A DNA stretch of 64,000 bases from an uncultured Pseudohongiella sp. (GTDB lineage Bacteria > Pseudomonadota > Gammaproteobacteria > Pseudomonadales > Pseudohongiellaceae): the NCBI GenBank assembly GCA_965222175.1, contig OZ244938.1:2486932-2550931 (forward strand), given 5' to 3'. The translations under genes and the position numbers were made by a program. Below, piece after piece: positions 1 to 8,139 of the stretch; the first letter of the stretch is position 1, and every line of letters begins with the position of its first letter. The notes below the pieces were generated by a model, which worked only from the letters and a program-made list of their open reading frames with translations, had not been told where the DNA came from and searched no databases.

Positions 1-26
1 TATCCGTTCTGCAACCAGGTACCGCC

Positions 27-2267
27 ATGGCCAACTTCTTTCAGGAGTTAAAGCGAAGAAAAGTATTTCGCGTTGCTGCGATCTACGCGGTGGGCGCCTG
101 GCTGCTTATTCAAGTCGCCGACACCGTCGCGCCGCTGCTGAATCTGCCGGAAATTACACCGCGTCTGGTGCTGTTCCTGCTGCTGATCCTGTTTCCCGTC
201 GCACTGTTCCTGGCATGGGCCTACGAGCTGTCACCGGAGGGAGTGCGAACGCTATCAGCAGGACACCCTGACCCGGAGCCGCCCGCCCCGCACCAGTCTG
301 ATCGAAGACTGCTCTACGCCACCTTTGGACTGGTTCTGCTGGTAGCCGCTTTCCAGATCAGCGATCGGTTTCTTGTCGACAACCGGGGAGAGAACGACCC
401 CGTCGGACCCAGTACGACAACGTCGTCAGATCGCGTCATTCAATTCGCCATACCGCTTGGCGAAGGCCAGGACCAAAACATTTACCTGGGTGATTGGGCA
501 AATACGCTGTTTGGTCGGCCGAGCACACCGGCTGTCGCCCTTTCCAACGATGGCAGGACGCTGTATTACTCAGGCTGGTCTCTGGCAGAAGAGGTTGAGT
601 CCAGGATTTATGCCAGGCGACTGGATCGGGAACGGGCAAATCCGGTCCTGGGCACTGAAAGCGCAATCAGTTTCTTCTTATCAGCAGACAGCGAGTCGAT
701 TGGGTTTTTCACCAGCTCGGCACGATCAGGAGGCGAATACCGGTTGAACCGGGTGCCGGCAAGTGGTGGCAACGTGGAGGTTATCGCCACTGTGCAACCG
801 GACGCCTGTTGCGGTGCCTGGAGTGAGGACGGCACGATCGTTTATTCAGCACCCCTGGAAGATGATTCGAGTTACTTCGGACTGTATCGACTCCCGGCAA
901 ACGGCGGCGAACCTGAACTACTGGTAGACCCGCGTTCATCCGCATCGGAATTGCGACGGTACTCTCGCCCACACTTTCTGCCGGACGGCAATGCGCTGCT
1001 GTTCCACGGCACATCCGTCAACCTGGGCCCAGAGTTTTCAGAGATCCTCGTGCTGAATTTGCAGACTGGATTGCAGAGCACACTCTTTAACAATGGTTCA
1101 AACCCGCATTACCTGGTTGAAAGCGGGCATTTGCTGTTCGTCCGGGAGGGCATGCTGATGGGCGCAGGACTGGATGAAGCCACGCTGACGCTGACTTCAG
1201 ACGAATTCGTTCTCGCGGAGAACATTATGCACGCGTTGAACATGCCAAACTTTGCCACTGAGACCGGCATCGCTCAGTTTGCAGTTTCCCGGACTGGCGA
1301 CGTGGTTTATGCCAGTGGCGGAAAATTTCCGGATTTACAGATCGATTTGATGGAGGTGCAACAAGTTGGCGATGCACAGGAGATAAACCTGCAATCCTTT
1401 GCTGACCTGCAACCAATCCATGTCCGATTGTCACCCGATCAGCGCAGGCTGGCCGTATCCGGAACCCTTATCGGCGACCAGCGTCGTGAAAGAAATCTGT
1501 ATGTGATTGATCTTGAGCGTGATGTTGCTACGCTTATCGACATCGCAGCAGATCAGAACCGCGGGCCTATCTGGAGCCCGGATGGTGAGCGCCTCCTGTT
1601 CTCCTCGAACCTTGAAGACGGGATACTCAATATTTACACGGTATCCGTGGACGGCAGCGATGAGACGCCCCAGCGGCTTAGCCCATCATCTACTTTACAG
1701 GTGGCTGGATCCTGGTCACAGGATGGAACTATTGCCTACGTGGAAGGAGGTGATATCTGGGTGATTCCCCCAGGACGTGACCCGGAACCGTTTGTCGATA
1801 CCGCGGCGGTCGAATGGTATCCGACGTTTTCACCGGACGGGCGCTGGCTGGCTTACACAGCTTCCACCGAGACGGCGGGCGGAGTCTACGTGCGCCCCTT
1901 TCCCGGACCTGGACCTGCAATAACCCTCTCTTCTGCGCCGAATGTTCAAGAACTGGCCTGGTCAAAGGATGGAGCAAAGCTCTACTTTTCGCAGGAGGAC
2001 AGTTTACTGCAGCGGTGGGTCATGATGTCGGTGGACTTTAATGATGGTCAACCTTCGCGGGCACAGCGCATAATCGACGACTGGCATTATACGCGCACCC
2101 TTGTAGTCCGCAGCTACGACGTCTCAGCGGACGATACGTTTTTCGCTTTGTTGCTGGGAGGAGGCTTTGTGCCGGATGAATCGGGATGGCGTCAGACTTT
2201 CAGATCTAACGAGTTACATCTTATGATGAATTTTTCGGCGCTTCTCCGGGAACGCACCAGCAACTGA
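27..2267 (+). CDS. TolB-like periplasmic beta-propeller repeat protein with N-terminal two-TM anchor domain
   Basis: 746 aa ORF. The N-terminus (KRRKVFRVAAIYAVGAWLLIQVADTV...) is hydrophobic and membrane-anchoring. Repeated WSPDG/FSPDG TolB/WD40-like propeller motifs follow (WSPDGERLLFSS, FSPDGRWLAYT). Confidence 0.6.
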   Translation: MANFFQELKRRKVFRVAAIYAVGAWLLIQVADTVAPLLNLPEITPRLVLFLLLILFPVALFLAWAYELSPEGVRTLSAGHPDPEPPAPHQSDRRLLYATFGLVLLVAAFQISDRFLVDNRGENDPVGPSTTTSSDRVIQFAIPLGEGQDQNIYLGDWANTLFGRPSTPAVALSNDGRTLYYSGWSLAEEVESRIYARRLDRERANPVLGTESAISFFLSADSESIGFFTSSARSGGEYRLNRVPASGGNVEVIATVQPDACCGAWSEDGTIVYSAPLEDDSSYFGLYRLPANGGEPELLVDPRSSASELRRYSRPHFLPDGNALLFHGTSVNLGPEFSEILVLNLQTGLQSTLFNNGSNPHYLVESGHLLFVREGMLMGAGLDEATLTLTSDEFVLAENIMHALNMPNFATETGIAQFAVSRTGDVVYASGGKFPDLQIDLMEVQQVGDAQEINLQSFADLQPIHVRLSPDQRRLAVSGTLIGDQRRERNLYVIDLERDVATLIDIAADQNRGPIWSPDGERLLFSSNLEDGILNIYTVSVDGSDETPQRLSPSSTLQVAGSWSQDGTIAYVEGGDIWVIPPGRDPEPFVDTAAVEWYPTFSPDGRWLAYTASTETAGGVYVRPFPGPGPAITLSSAPNVQELAWSKDGAKLYFSQEDSLLQRWVMMSVDFNDGQPSRAQRIIDDWHYTRTLVVRSYDVSADDTFFALLLGGGFVPDESGWRQTFRSNELHLMMNFSALLRERTSN

Positions 2268-2313
2268 GCCGCTCGTAAATGACCAGACTCACATTGATAG
2301 TTTTAATGGTCGT

Positions 2314-2721
2314 TTGGCCTTGCTACTGCTGGTATTCTCACTGCCGGTGCAGGCGGCGGTGGATCCGATCTATACTGGATTTTTCGGCAATGAAGCGATC
2401 AAAGGCTATGATGCTGTTGCTTATTTCAGTCAGGGGGAACCGGTCAAGGGCAGCGATGATTTCACCTATGACTATATGGGTGCCTAATGGAAGTTTTCCT
2501 CACAGGAACACCTGAACATGTTCAGGGCAGACCCGGACGCTTATGCACCGCAGTACGGTGGTTATTGCGCTTATGCGGTGGCCAGCGGCGACACGGCATC
2601 GGCCGATCCGGAATTATGGACAATTCACGGCGGCAAACTCAATTTGAATTACAACCGACGCACCAACAGTGAATTCAAGTCTGAACTGGATAGTTTTATC
2701 CAGCGCGCGGATAGCTTATAG
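2314..2721 (+). pseudogene. Secreted YHS-domain-family protein gene interrupted by an in-frame TAA (2485..2487); start codon uncertain
   Basis: Frame 1 translates to a signal peptide (RLALLLLVFSLPVQA/AVDP), then DPIYTGFFGNEAIKGYDAVAYFSQGEPVKGSDDFTYDYMGA-TAA-WKFSSQEHLNMFRADPDAYAPQYGGYCAYAVASG... The YHS-like (seleno)protein family has Lys at the position of the stop. There is no in-frame ATG; a TTG lies at 2314, and an ATG at 2279 is in another frame. Confidence 0.45.
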
Positions 2722-2739
2722 AAGATATAGACGCCCCCA

Positions 2740-4236
2740 CCCCTTAATGGTTCGGGGGCTACCATCGAAGATGGATACCTCAAGGTGGTATCGTGCACCA
2801 CCAATTCAAGTTTCATAATGGAGGCGTCTATGCAAGCAAACATAATCCATATCGGCCTGGATGTCGATGATACCAACTACCACGGTTCCGCCCTGGACAA
2901 ACACAGTGGCGAGTGCCTGTCCTTCAAATGCCGGCCCACACTCAAAGGTTTGCTAAGCCAGCTGAATAAGCTACAAAAACAGTTTCCTGGCACAGTCTTT
3001 CACTTGTGCTATGAAGCCTCCTATATCGGTTATACCCTGCAACGGGACTTGAGCAAACAAGGTTTCCACTGTGATGTCGTGGCACCTACCAGTATTCCCA
3101 GCCCCCGGGGCAAACAGATCAAGACCGACCGGATCGATGCGGCCCAACTGGTTCAGTTCTACGCCAATGGGTTACTGACCCTGGTTGGGGTTCCCGAGAC
3201 CGAACAGGAGCAGGACCGGGATCTGCTGCGCACGCGTAAACGCCTGGTCAAACATCAAGCAGAGCTGCGCTCTCACCTGCAGGCTTTATTGCGTCGTCAC
3301 GGCTTACACTACCGTGCTCAGACCGGTTACAAATCCCACTGGACCAAGTTGCACTACAGCTGGTTACGTCGAACGGTGGAAACGACAACAGGCAGCCTCA
3401 AAATCAGTCTCGACGTTCTCTTACGCCAACTGGGCACTACCGACCGGACGATTGCCGAATATGATCAACATATAGAGGCTTTAGCCAAATCGCCCCGCTA
3501 CGAGGAGGCTGTCAAAGCCCTGGTCTGCTACAAGGGCATCAAGAATCATTATGCCTTGACTCTGATCACTGAAATCGGCGATATCAAGCGTTTCCCTCAC
3601 CCGCGACAACTTGTGTCCTGGGCGGGTATGGATATCCGGGAATATTCCTCAGGGGGTAAACACAATCGATTCGGCATAACCAAACACGGCAACAAGTTCC
3701 TGCGCACCGCGCTGATTGAAGCTAACCAGCGGGGTTATCGGACCACTCGGATTACCAAGGACCTGAGCGCCAGGCGCAGTCATGTGGATGCGGAGCTGGT
3801 TAACATCGCTGATCGTTGTTTGCGTCGCTTACATAAAAAGGGAACACGCCTGTTGGATGCCGGCAAACACCCAAACAAGATCAAGGTCGCCTGCGCACGG
3901 GAGATGGCAGGGTTCATTTGGGAATCGTTGAACAAAGTGGCGGCTTGATGAAGAGTAAGAACCAGACTTCAACAAACTGAACGTAAACAGACACAATTAT
4001 CGAATGTCACTTGCCTGAGTGCATTGACTGATCTGAAGAAGTAAGACAGAGATTGGGAAGCCCACGGGTTTTTCTTTAGAACACCGACTTCTGGTTATAG
4101 ATCGTGGTAACCCCAAAACGGACAAATCTTAATGCGTTATCCAGTACGCGAATACGAGGATGTCAGTCCAAGGTCATAACTCTTTTAACGATCAGATCAA
4201 GGTACTCTCAGGTTGACATAGGGGGCGTCTATACGA
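2740..4236 (+). mobile_element. IS110-family insertion sequence (approximate limits), long non-coding 3' flank
   Basis: Contains an IS110/IS116/IS902-type transposase gene. It lies between a hairpin after the YHS gene and the start of the 130-bp repeat. A GAGGCGTCTAT motif occurs at both 2820 and 4222. Confidence 0.45.
2830..3948 (+). CDS. IS110 family transposase (DEDD-type)
   Basis: The N-terminus MQANIIHIGLDVDDTNYHGSALD matches the IS110 start (MxxxVGIDVaK). The C-terminal region is WAGMDIREYSSGGKHNRFGITKHGNKFLRTALIEAN. A GGAGG Shine-Dalgarno lies 5 nt upstream of the ATG at 2830. Confidence 0.85.
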   Translation: MQANIIHIGLDVDDTNYHGSALDKHSGECLSFKCRPTLKGLLSQLNKLQKQFPGTVFHLCYEASYIGYTLQRDLSKQGFHCDVVAPTSIPSPRGKQIKTDRIDAAQLVQFYANGLLTLVGVPETEQEQDRDLLRTRKRLVKHQAELRSHLQALLRRHGLHYRAQTGYKSHWTKLHYSWLRRTVETTTGSLKISLDVLLRQLGTTDRTIAEYDQHIEALAKSPRYEEAVKALVCYKGIKNHYALTLITEIGDIKRFPHPRQLVSWAGMDIREYSSGGKHNRFGITKHGNKFLRTALIEANQRGYRTTRITKDLSARRSHVDAELVNIADRCLRRLHKKGTRLLDAGKHPNKIKVACAREMAGFIWESLNKVAA

Positions 4237-4372
4237 AGAAGTACAAAAAGGTATCTCCGAACCCGGGCAATGTCCTGATGTGTGAATACTCGGCTTCAGC
4301 AATTCATGGAAACAGGTTCAAATCTGCAGAAGATCCCAGGATAGTCCCTTTTGGTTGGCCCTAAGGTAATGA
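4237..4372 (+). repeat. Copy A of ~130 bp repeat (second copy at 15290..15427, ~85% identical, same orientation)
   Basis: Direct alignment: gaagtacaa..tatctccgaacccgggcaatgtcc(t/a)gatgtgtgaata..gcttcag(c/t)aattcatggaaacag..cagaagatccca..ttggtt.gcc..aaggt. Confidence 0.8.
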
Positions 4373-4375
4373 AAA

Positions 4376-4978
4376 TCAGCACTCATACCAGTGTCCAATC
4401 GAGTGGTGTTTGCCGTTGCGTGCGAATACCCCATGAAATCTTGTCAGGTTGACTCTCGGCTTGGGTACCAGGGCCGCGAGTCTGGCTATAAAATCCACCG
4501 GTTCGAAGATCACATGGGTAGTGCCATTGCGGAATGGGGTCTTCAGCTCGTAGCGCACCTTGTCCGCGGGGGTGAATGACAGGCGCGGCTCGGCGACTGC
4601 GGGACGGGTGATGTAACGGCACAACCTCTCTACCTTGTCCACCAGCAGTGCGGTACTTTCCACCATGCGACGGGCGCCGCAGCTGGGGCGGAAGCCTCGT
4701 CTTTTGCAGGAGAAGGTCACCAGCTTTTCGCGGTGACAACTCTCACAGTGGACTCTGAGAAACCCGTGTTCCAGCCGGCAGCACTTCAGGTAGCCGGTGA
4801 ACTCCTGCTGCACGTAGTGAGGCACGGTTCTGCCTTCGGCCTTCAGGTGGGCGACGAACGCGGGGTAATACTGCTCGACAAGCGGATAGAGCAGTGTCGT
4901 TTCCGGCTGGTGGCACCGGCAGCGGCGCGGGGGTCCGGCGGCAGGAAGCCCGCCGGGCGAGATGGCTGGCAGCGGCAC
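4376..4978 (-). pseudogene. IS91-family (rolling-circle, Y2) transposase remnant with internal deletion of the catalytic core
   Basis: 200 aa. The N-terminal zinc-binding region (HCESCHREKLVTFSCKRRGFRPSCGARRMVESTALLVD) is fused directly to a C-terminal segment typical of IS91 transposases (RLSFTPADKVRYELKTPFRNGTTHVIFEPVDFIARLAALVPKPRVNLTRFHGVFA). The ~200 aa HUH/Y2 middle is absent. Confidence 0.6.
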
Positions 4979-5266
4979 GTCGAGGTCCCTTTCGACTGGG
5001 TGTTATTGCCAGAGTAGTTTGTAACAGCGTAACTGGCGCTGAATGTTGGTTTTTTCCTGGAACGCCGGTATCAGGCTGTCTGAATCTGCTTCGTTCGCGT
5101 CGCGGAGGTTTGAACTCAGGCGATAGTGGCTATATCCACGCCAGGTTCGGACACCGCCCTACTCTACCAATGCGCTGAAATGAGACGGTGATCAGTAGCC
5201 TCTTCATGCCAATATCAATCCACGCCTGACATTAACCTTACGTAAGCGTCCGGCCATCACGTCTTG

Positions 5267-6838
5267 CTATTCCGGTTGCCAGTTATGTGGCAATAGGTCA
5301 TTAATGCGACTGGCCTTCTGAGTCGGTAGCCTGGCCATGGCATCCTTCAGATAGACGTAGGGGTCAAGCCCGTTCATCCGGGCTGACTGAATAAGGCTCA
5401 TGACAGCGGCAGCACGCTGACCACTACGGAGCGATCCGGCGAACAACCAGTTGGAACGACCCAAGGCCCATGGGCGTATCTGATTCTCGACCCAGTTGTT
5501 GTCAATAGGCACCGCGCCATCCTCCAGGTAGCGAGTCAACGCGCGCCAGCGTTTCAGACTGTAATCGATAGCACGGGCTATGGCCGAACCCTCCGGCACC
5601 TTTTGCCGCTGCGCCAGCAGCCAGGTATGGAAGGCATCCATGAGTGGCCCAACTCGTTGCTGTCTTAGTCGATACCGTTGCTCGTCATCCAGATCCCTGG
5701 CCTGGCGCTCTATTTCGTACAGCTGACCGATGGTCTCCAGCGCGCTGGCCGCCAGGGTGCTCTTGTTGGTGGCATGCAGGTCAAAGAACTTGCGACGGGC
5801 ATGGGCCATACACCCGATCTCGGTGATGCCCTGACCAAAGCCTGCCTTGTAGCCGCTGTAATCGTCGCACACCAGCTTGCCCTGCCAGTCGCCCAGGAAG
5901 ACCCGGGCATGGTCCCCGGCACGGCTCGGGGCGAAGTCATAGACCACGGCCCGGGTCTCCGCATTGGAGGTGGTGCAGTAGGCCCAGATATAGGCGCGGT
6001 GGGTTTTCTTCTTGCCCGGCGACAGCATCGGCACCGGGGTCTCGTCGGCATGAACCACCGAGTGGCTCAGGATGGTCTCGCGTAAGGCATCCGCCAGGGG
6101 CTGCAACCCCACGCCGCAGCGGCCTACCCATTCGGCCAGCGTGGAACGGGGAATGGCCAGTCCGGCACGCTCAAAGATCTTTTCCTGACGATACAGCGGC
6201 AGGTGGTCGGCGTACTTGGCCACCAACACCTGTGCCAGCAGGCCGGTGGTAGGCAGCCCTTTGTCGATCACGTGAGGCGGCACCGGGGCCTGCACCAACG
6301 TTTCGCAGTCTTTGCACACCCACTTGCCGCGGACGTGCCGTTCAACGGTAAACTCTCCTGGCGTATAGTCCAGCTTCTCACTGATCTCTTCACCGATACG
6401 GGTGAGCTGGCAGCCGCACTGACACTGGGTCGTGTCAGGCTCGTGTTCGATCAGTTTGCGTGGTAACCCGGGTGGCAACGGCACACGCTTGGGTTGCTGT
6501 TTCGATTTAGGCTGTGGGGGATGGATCTTCGCCGCTTCCAGTTCCGCCTCAATGCCACCCAGGTCGGCATCAACAATGTCTTCAAGCAGGGTGCGTTGCA
6601 GAACGTTCAGTTTTTCGCTGTGCTTGCCAAAGCGATGGCGTTTGAGTAACGCCATCTCGTGAGTCAGTTTTGCATTGAGTGTTTCTAGAAAGCGGTTACG
6701 CTGGGTGAGGCGATCGTTGTGTTCAGTGCGATGTTGAAGTTTCTTATCCTGCTCGGCGAGGCGCGATAGCAACGAGGCGGTAAGGGCTCGTAATTGGTCT
6801 GCATCAAGCTGGCTGACGTCAGGCTGTGACATAGGCAA
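5267..6838 (-). CDS. tnpC: IS66 family transposase TnpC
   Basis: 523 aa. N-terminal leucine-zipper/coiled coil, a CxxC...CxxC zinc finger (CQCGCQ...CKDCE), and a DDE region typical of IS66 TnpC. Confidence 0.85.
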   Translation of the reverse strand: MPMSQPDVSQLDADQLRALTASLLSRLAEQDKKLQHRTEHNDRLTQRNRFLETLNAKLTHEMALLKRHRFGKHSEKLNVLQRTLLEDIVDADLGGIEAELEAAKIHPPQPKSKQQPKRVPLPPGLPRKLIEHEPDTTQCQCGCQLTRIGEEISEKLDYTPGEFTVERHVRGKWVCKDCETLVQAPVPPHVIDKGLPTTGLLAQVLVAKYADHLPLYRQEKIFERAGLAIPRSTLAEWVGRCGVGLQPLADALRETILSHSVVHADETPVPMLSPGKKKTHRAYIWAYCTTSNAETRAVVYDFAPSRAGDHARVFLGDWQGKLVCDDYSGYKAGFGQGITEIGCMAHARRKFFDLHATNKSTLAASALETIGQLYEIERQARDLDDEQRYRLRQQRVGPLMDAFHTWLLAQRQKVPEGSAIARAIDYSLKRWRALTRYLEDGAVPIDNNWVENQIRPWALGRSNWLFAGSLRSGQRAAAVMSLIQSARMNGLDPYVYLKDAMARLPTQKASRINDLLPHNWQPE

Positions 6839-6889
6839 AGTATGCCATTAATGGTCTGACGACGCGACTTCATCGTGCTGCCAGTTGGT

Positions 6890-7225
6890 CTACAAAGTCC
6901 GGATAACTCCCGCTTCACCCAGGCGCTGCCAGGGCAGCCCCTGGACCAAGGCCTGAAGCTGTTCCTCATCCACAACCAGGTGCTTCCCCCGCCAGGGTTC
7001 GGCCCAGTGAAACTTGCCCCGGTTCAGGCGTCGGGCAAACAGCCACAGTCCCAGCCCATCGTGCACCAGAATCTTTATCCGGTTGCTGCGCTTGTTGGTA
7101 AAGGCATAGGCACAGTGTGGTCTGGCACTACCGAACACCTGGACTACCCGGGCCAGAGCTTTGTCCGGCCCGGCACGCATGTCCAGCGGCTCGGTGGCCA
7201 GCCAGATCTCATCAATACGGATCAC
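6890..7225 (-). CDS. tnpB: IS66 family accessory protein TnpB (Orf2)
   Basis: 111 aa: MIRIDEIWLATEPLDMRAGPDKALARVV...ILVHDGLGLWLFARRL, characteristic IS66 Orf2. Confidence 0.8.
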   Translation of the reverse strand: MIRIDEIWLATEPLDMRAGPDKALARVVQVFGSARPHCAYAFTNKRSNRIKILVHDGLGLWLFARRLNRGKFHWAEPWRGKHLVVDEEQLQALVQGLPWQRLGEAGVIRTL

Positions 7226-7605
7226 TGCAACAGTTCACGCAGCAGCGCCAGACATCGCTCCGACTGAGACACTGGCCAGCTCACTTTGATCGATTGCTGA
7301 TGGAAGGGAATCTCCAGCTGGACACGCTCGTCCGTTCCGCTCCTCGGATTGGTTAGTGACGCTTGCACAGAGTTCACCGGTAATGCTACAAAAGCTGGCG
7401 AGATCGCCGGCAACGAATTCGCCTTGGCTTGACGAATCCACTTATGGACAAGGTTGGCATTGAGGTCGTGTTCCCGGGCAATCCTGGCAACGGATGCACC
7501 GGGTTCTTTGCAAGCTGCTACAATCTTGTGTTTGAAATCCGGAGCAAACCTTCGACGCTTAACAGGTGTGGCGAATACGCTTAACTCGTTCATGATAGTG
7601 TCCAC
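7222..7605 (-). CDS. tnpA: IS66 family TnpA (Orf1, HTH)
   Basis: 127 aa containing KRRRFAPDFKHKIVAACKEPGASVARIAREHDLNANLVHKWIRQ. GTG at 7605 or ATG at 7593. Its stop overlaps the tnpB start (ATGA). Confidence 0.75.
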   Translation of the reverse strand: MDTIMNELSVFATPVKRRRFAPDFKHKIVAACKEPGASVARIAREHDLNANLVHKWIRQAKANSLPAISPAFVALPVNSVQASLTNPRSGTDERVQLEIPFHQQSIKVSWPVSQSERCLALLRELLQ

Positions 7606-7627
7606 TTAAAAATAGGTGGACACTATC
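7594..7627 (-). promoter_or_regulatory. Perfect 12-bp-stem hairpin abutting the IS66 tnpA initiation codon
   Basis: gatagtgtccac-ttaaaaatag-gtggacactatc is directly 5' of the ATG (cat at 7591..7593 on plus). Confidence 0.5.
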
Positions 7628-8139
7628 GGCGGATCAGACTGGACTAGCAAGATGGGTTTGCCAGACGGTTACAACCTTACTAAGGCGGAAGCCGATCTTC
7701 TGATTGCCAACAACCTGGCAGCCTGCTGTTTGCACGCCAACTTATTGAGTCTATAAAATAAATCCTGGCTTCCAGGCTTCCTTCATAGACTCAAACGCAG
7801 TCTTTACCTCTGGAGGCGGTGCTATGTAAAGGGTTCTATATGCGTCCACCATGGGCAGTCAATTTATTTACGCTAAACCAAACACTTACTTCGCAATCCC
7901 CCACTCCCCTGTTGTTTACATAGCGAATTAATCAGCACGACAGATTAGTGCTGTCTGTCCCTCATTTGTTACTCCGAACCAAGCCAGGTCCATTGGCATT
8001 TTGACCCCTGCTAACTCGCGGGTGCAGGATGACTGCGATCGACTCCTTTCCGGGGCAATAACCATGAATCACTGAACGTTAATGACTTCGCCACTTAAAG
8101 CATTTACGTGTCTGCGCAGTTGACGCAAGTCACCTTGTG

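Larger units (their letters stand above)
5241..7680 (-). mobile_element. IS66-family insertion sequence (tnpA-tnpB-tnpC), ends approximate
   Basis: Three consecutive ORFs match IS66 Orf1/Orf2/Orf3. GTAAGCG lies at 5241, and a GTAAG-type end lies near 7677 on the other strand. Confidence 0.6.

Noticed and set aside
2733-2759. GCCCCC...GGGGGC hairpin after the YHS gene as a terminator
   Set aside because: No downstream U-tract. It may instead be part of the IS110 target or end region.
4104-4364. 86 aa plus-strand ORF
   Set aside because: It overlaps the 130-bp repeat and the IS110 3' flank and has no domain. Likely spurious.
5060-5185. Possible tRNA gene between the IS91 remnant and IS66 (T-loop-like GTTCAAACC and D-loop-like TGGTAGAGTA on the minus strand)
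   Set aside because: An acceptor stem and anticodon arm could not be built; at best a decayed fragment.
5678-6085. Antisense ORFs inside IS66 tnpC (for example 135 aa on plus strand)
   Set aside because: They are embedded in, and opposite to, a well-supported transposase gene in high-GC DNA where long spurious ORFs are common.
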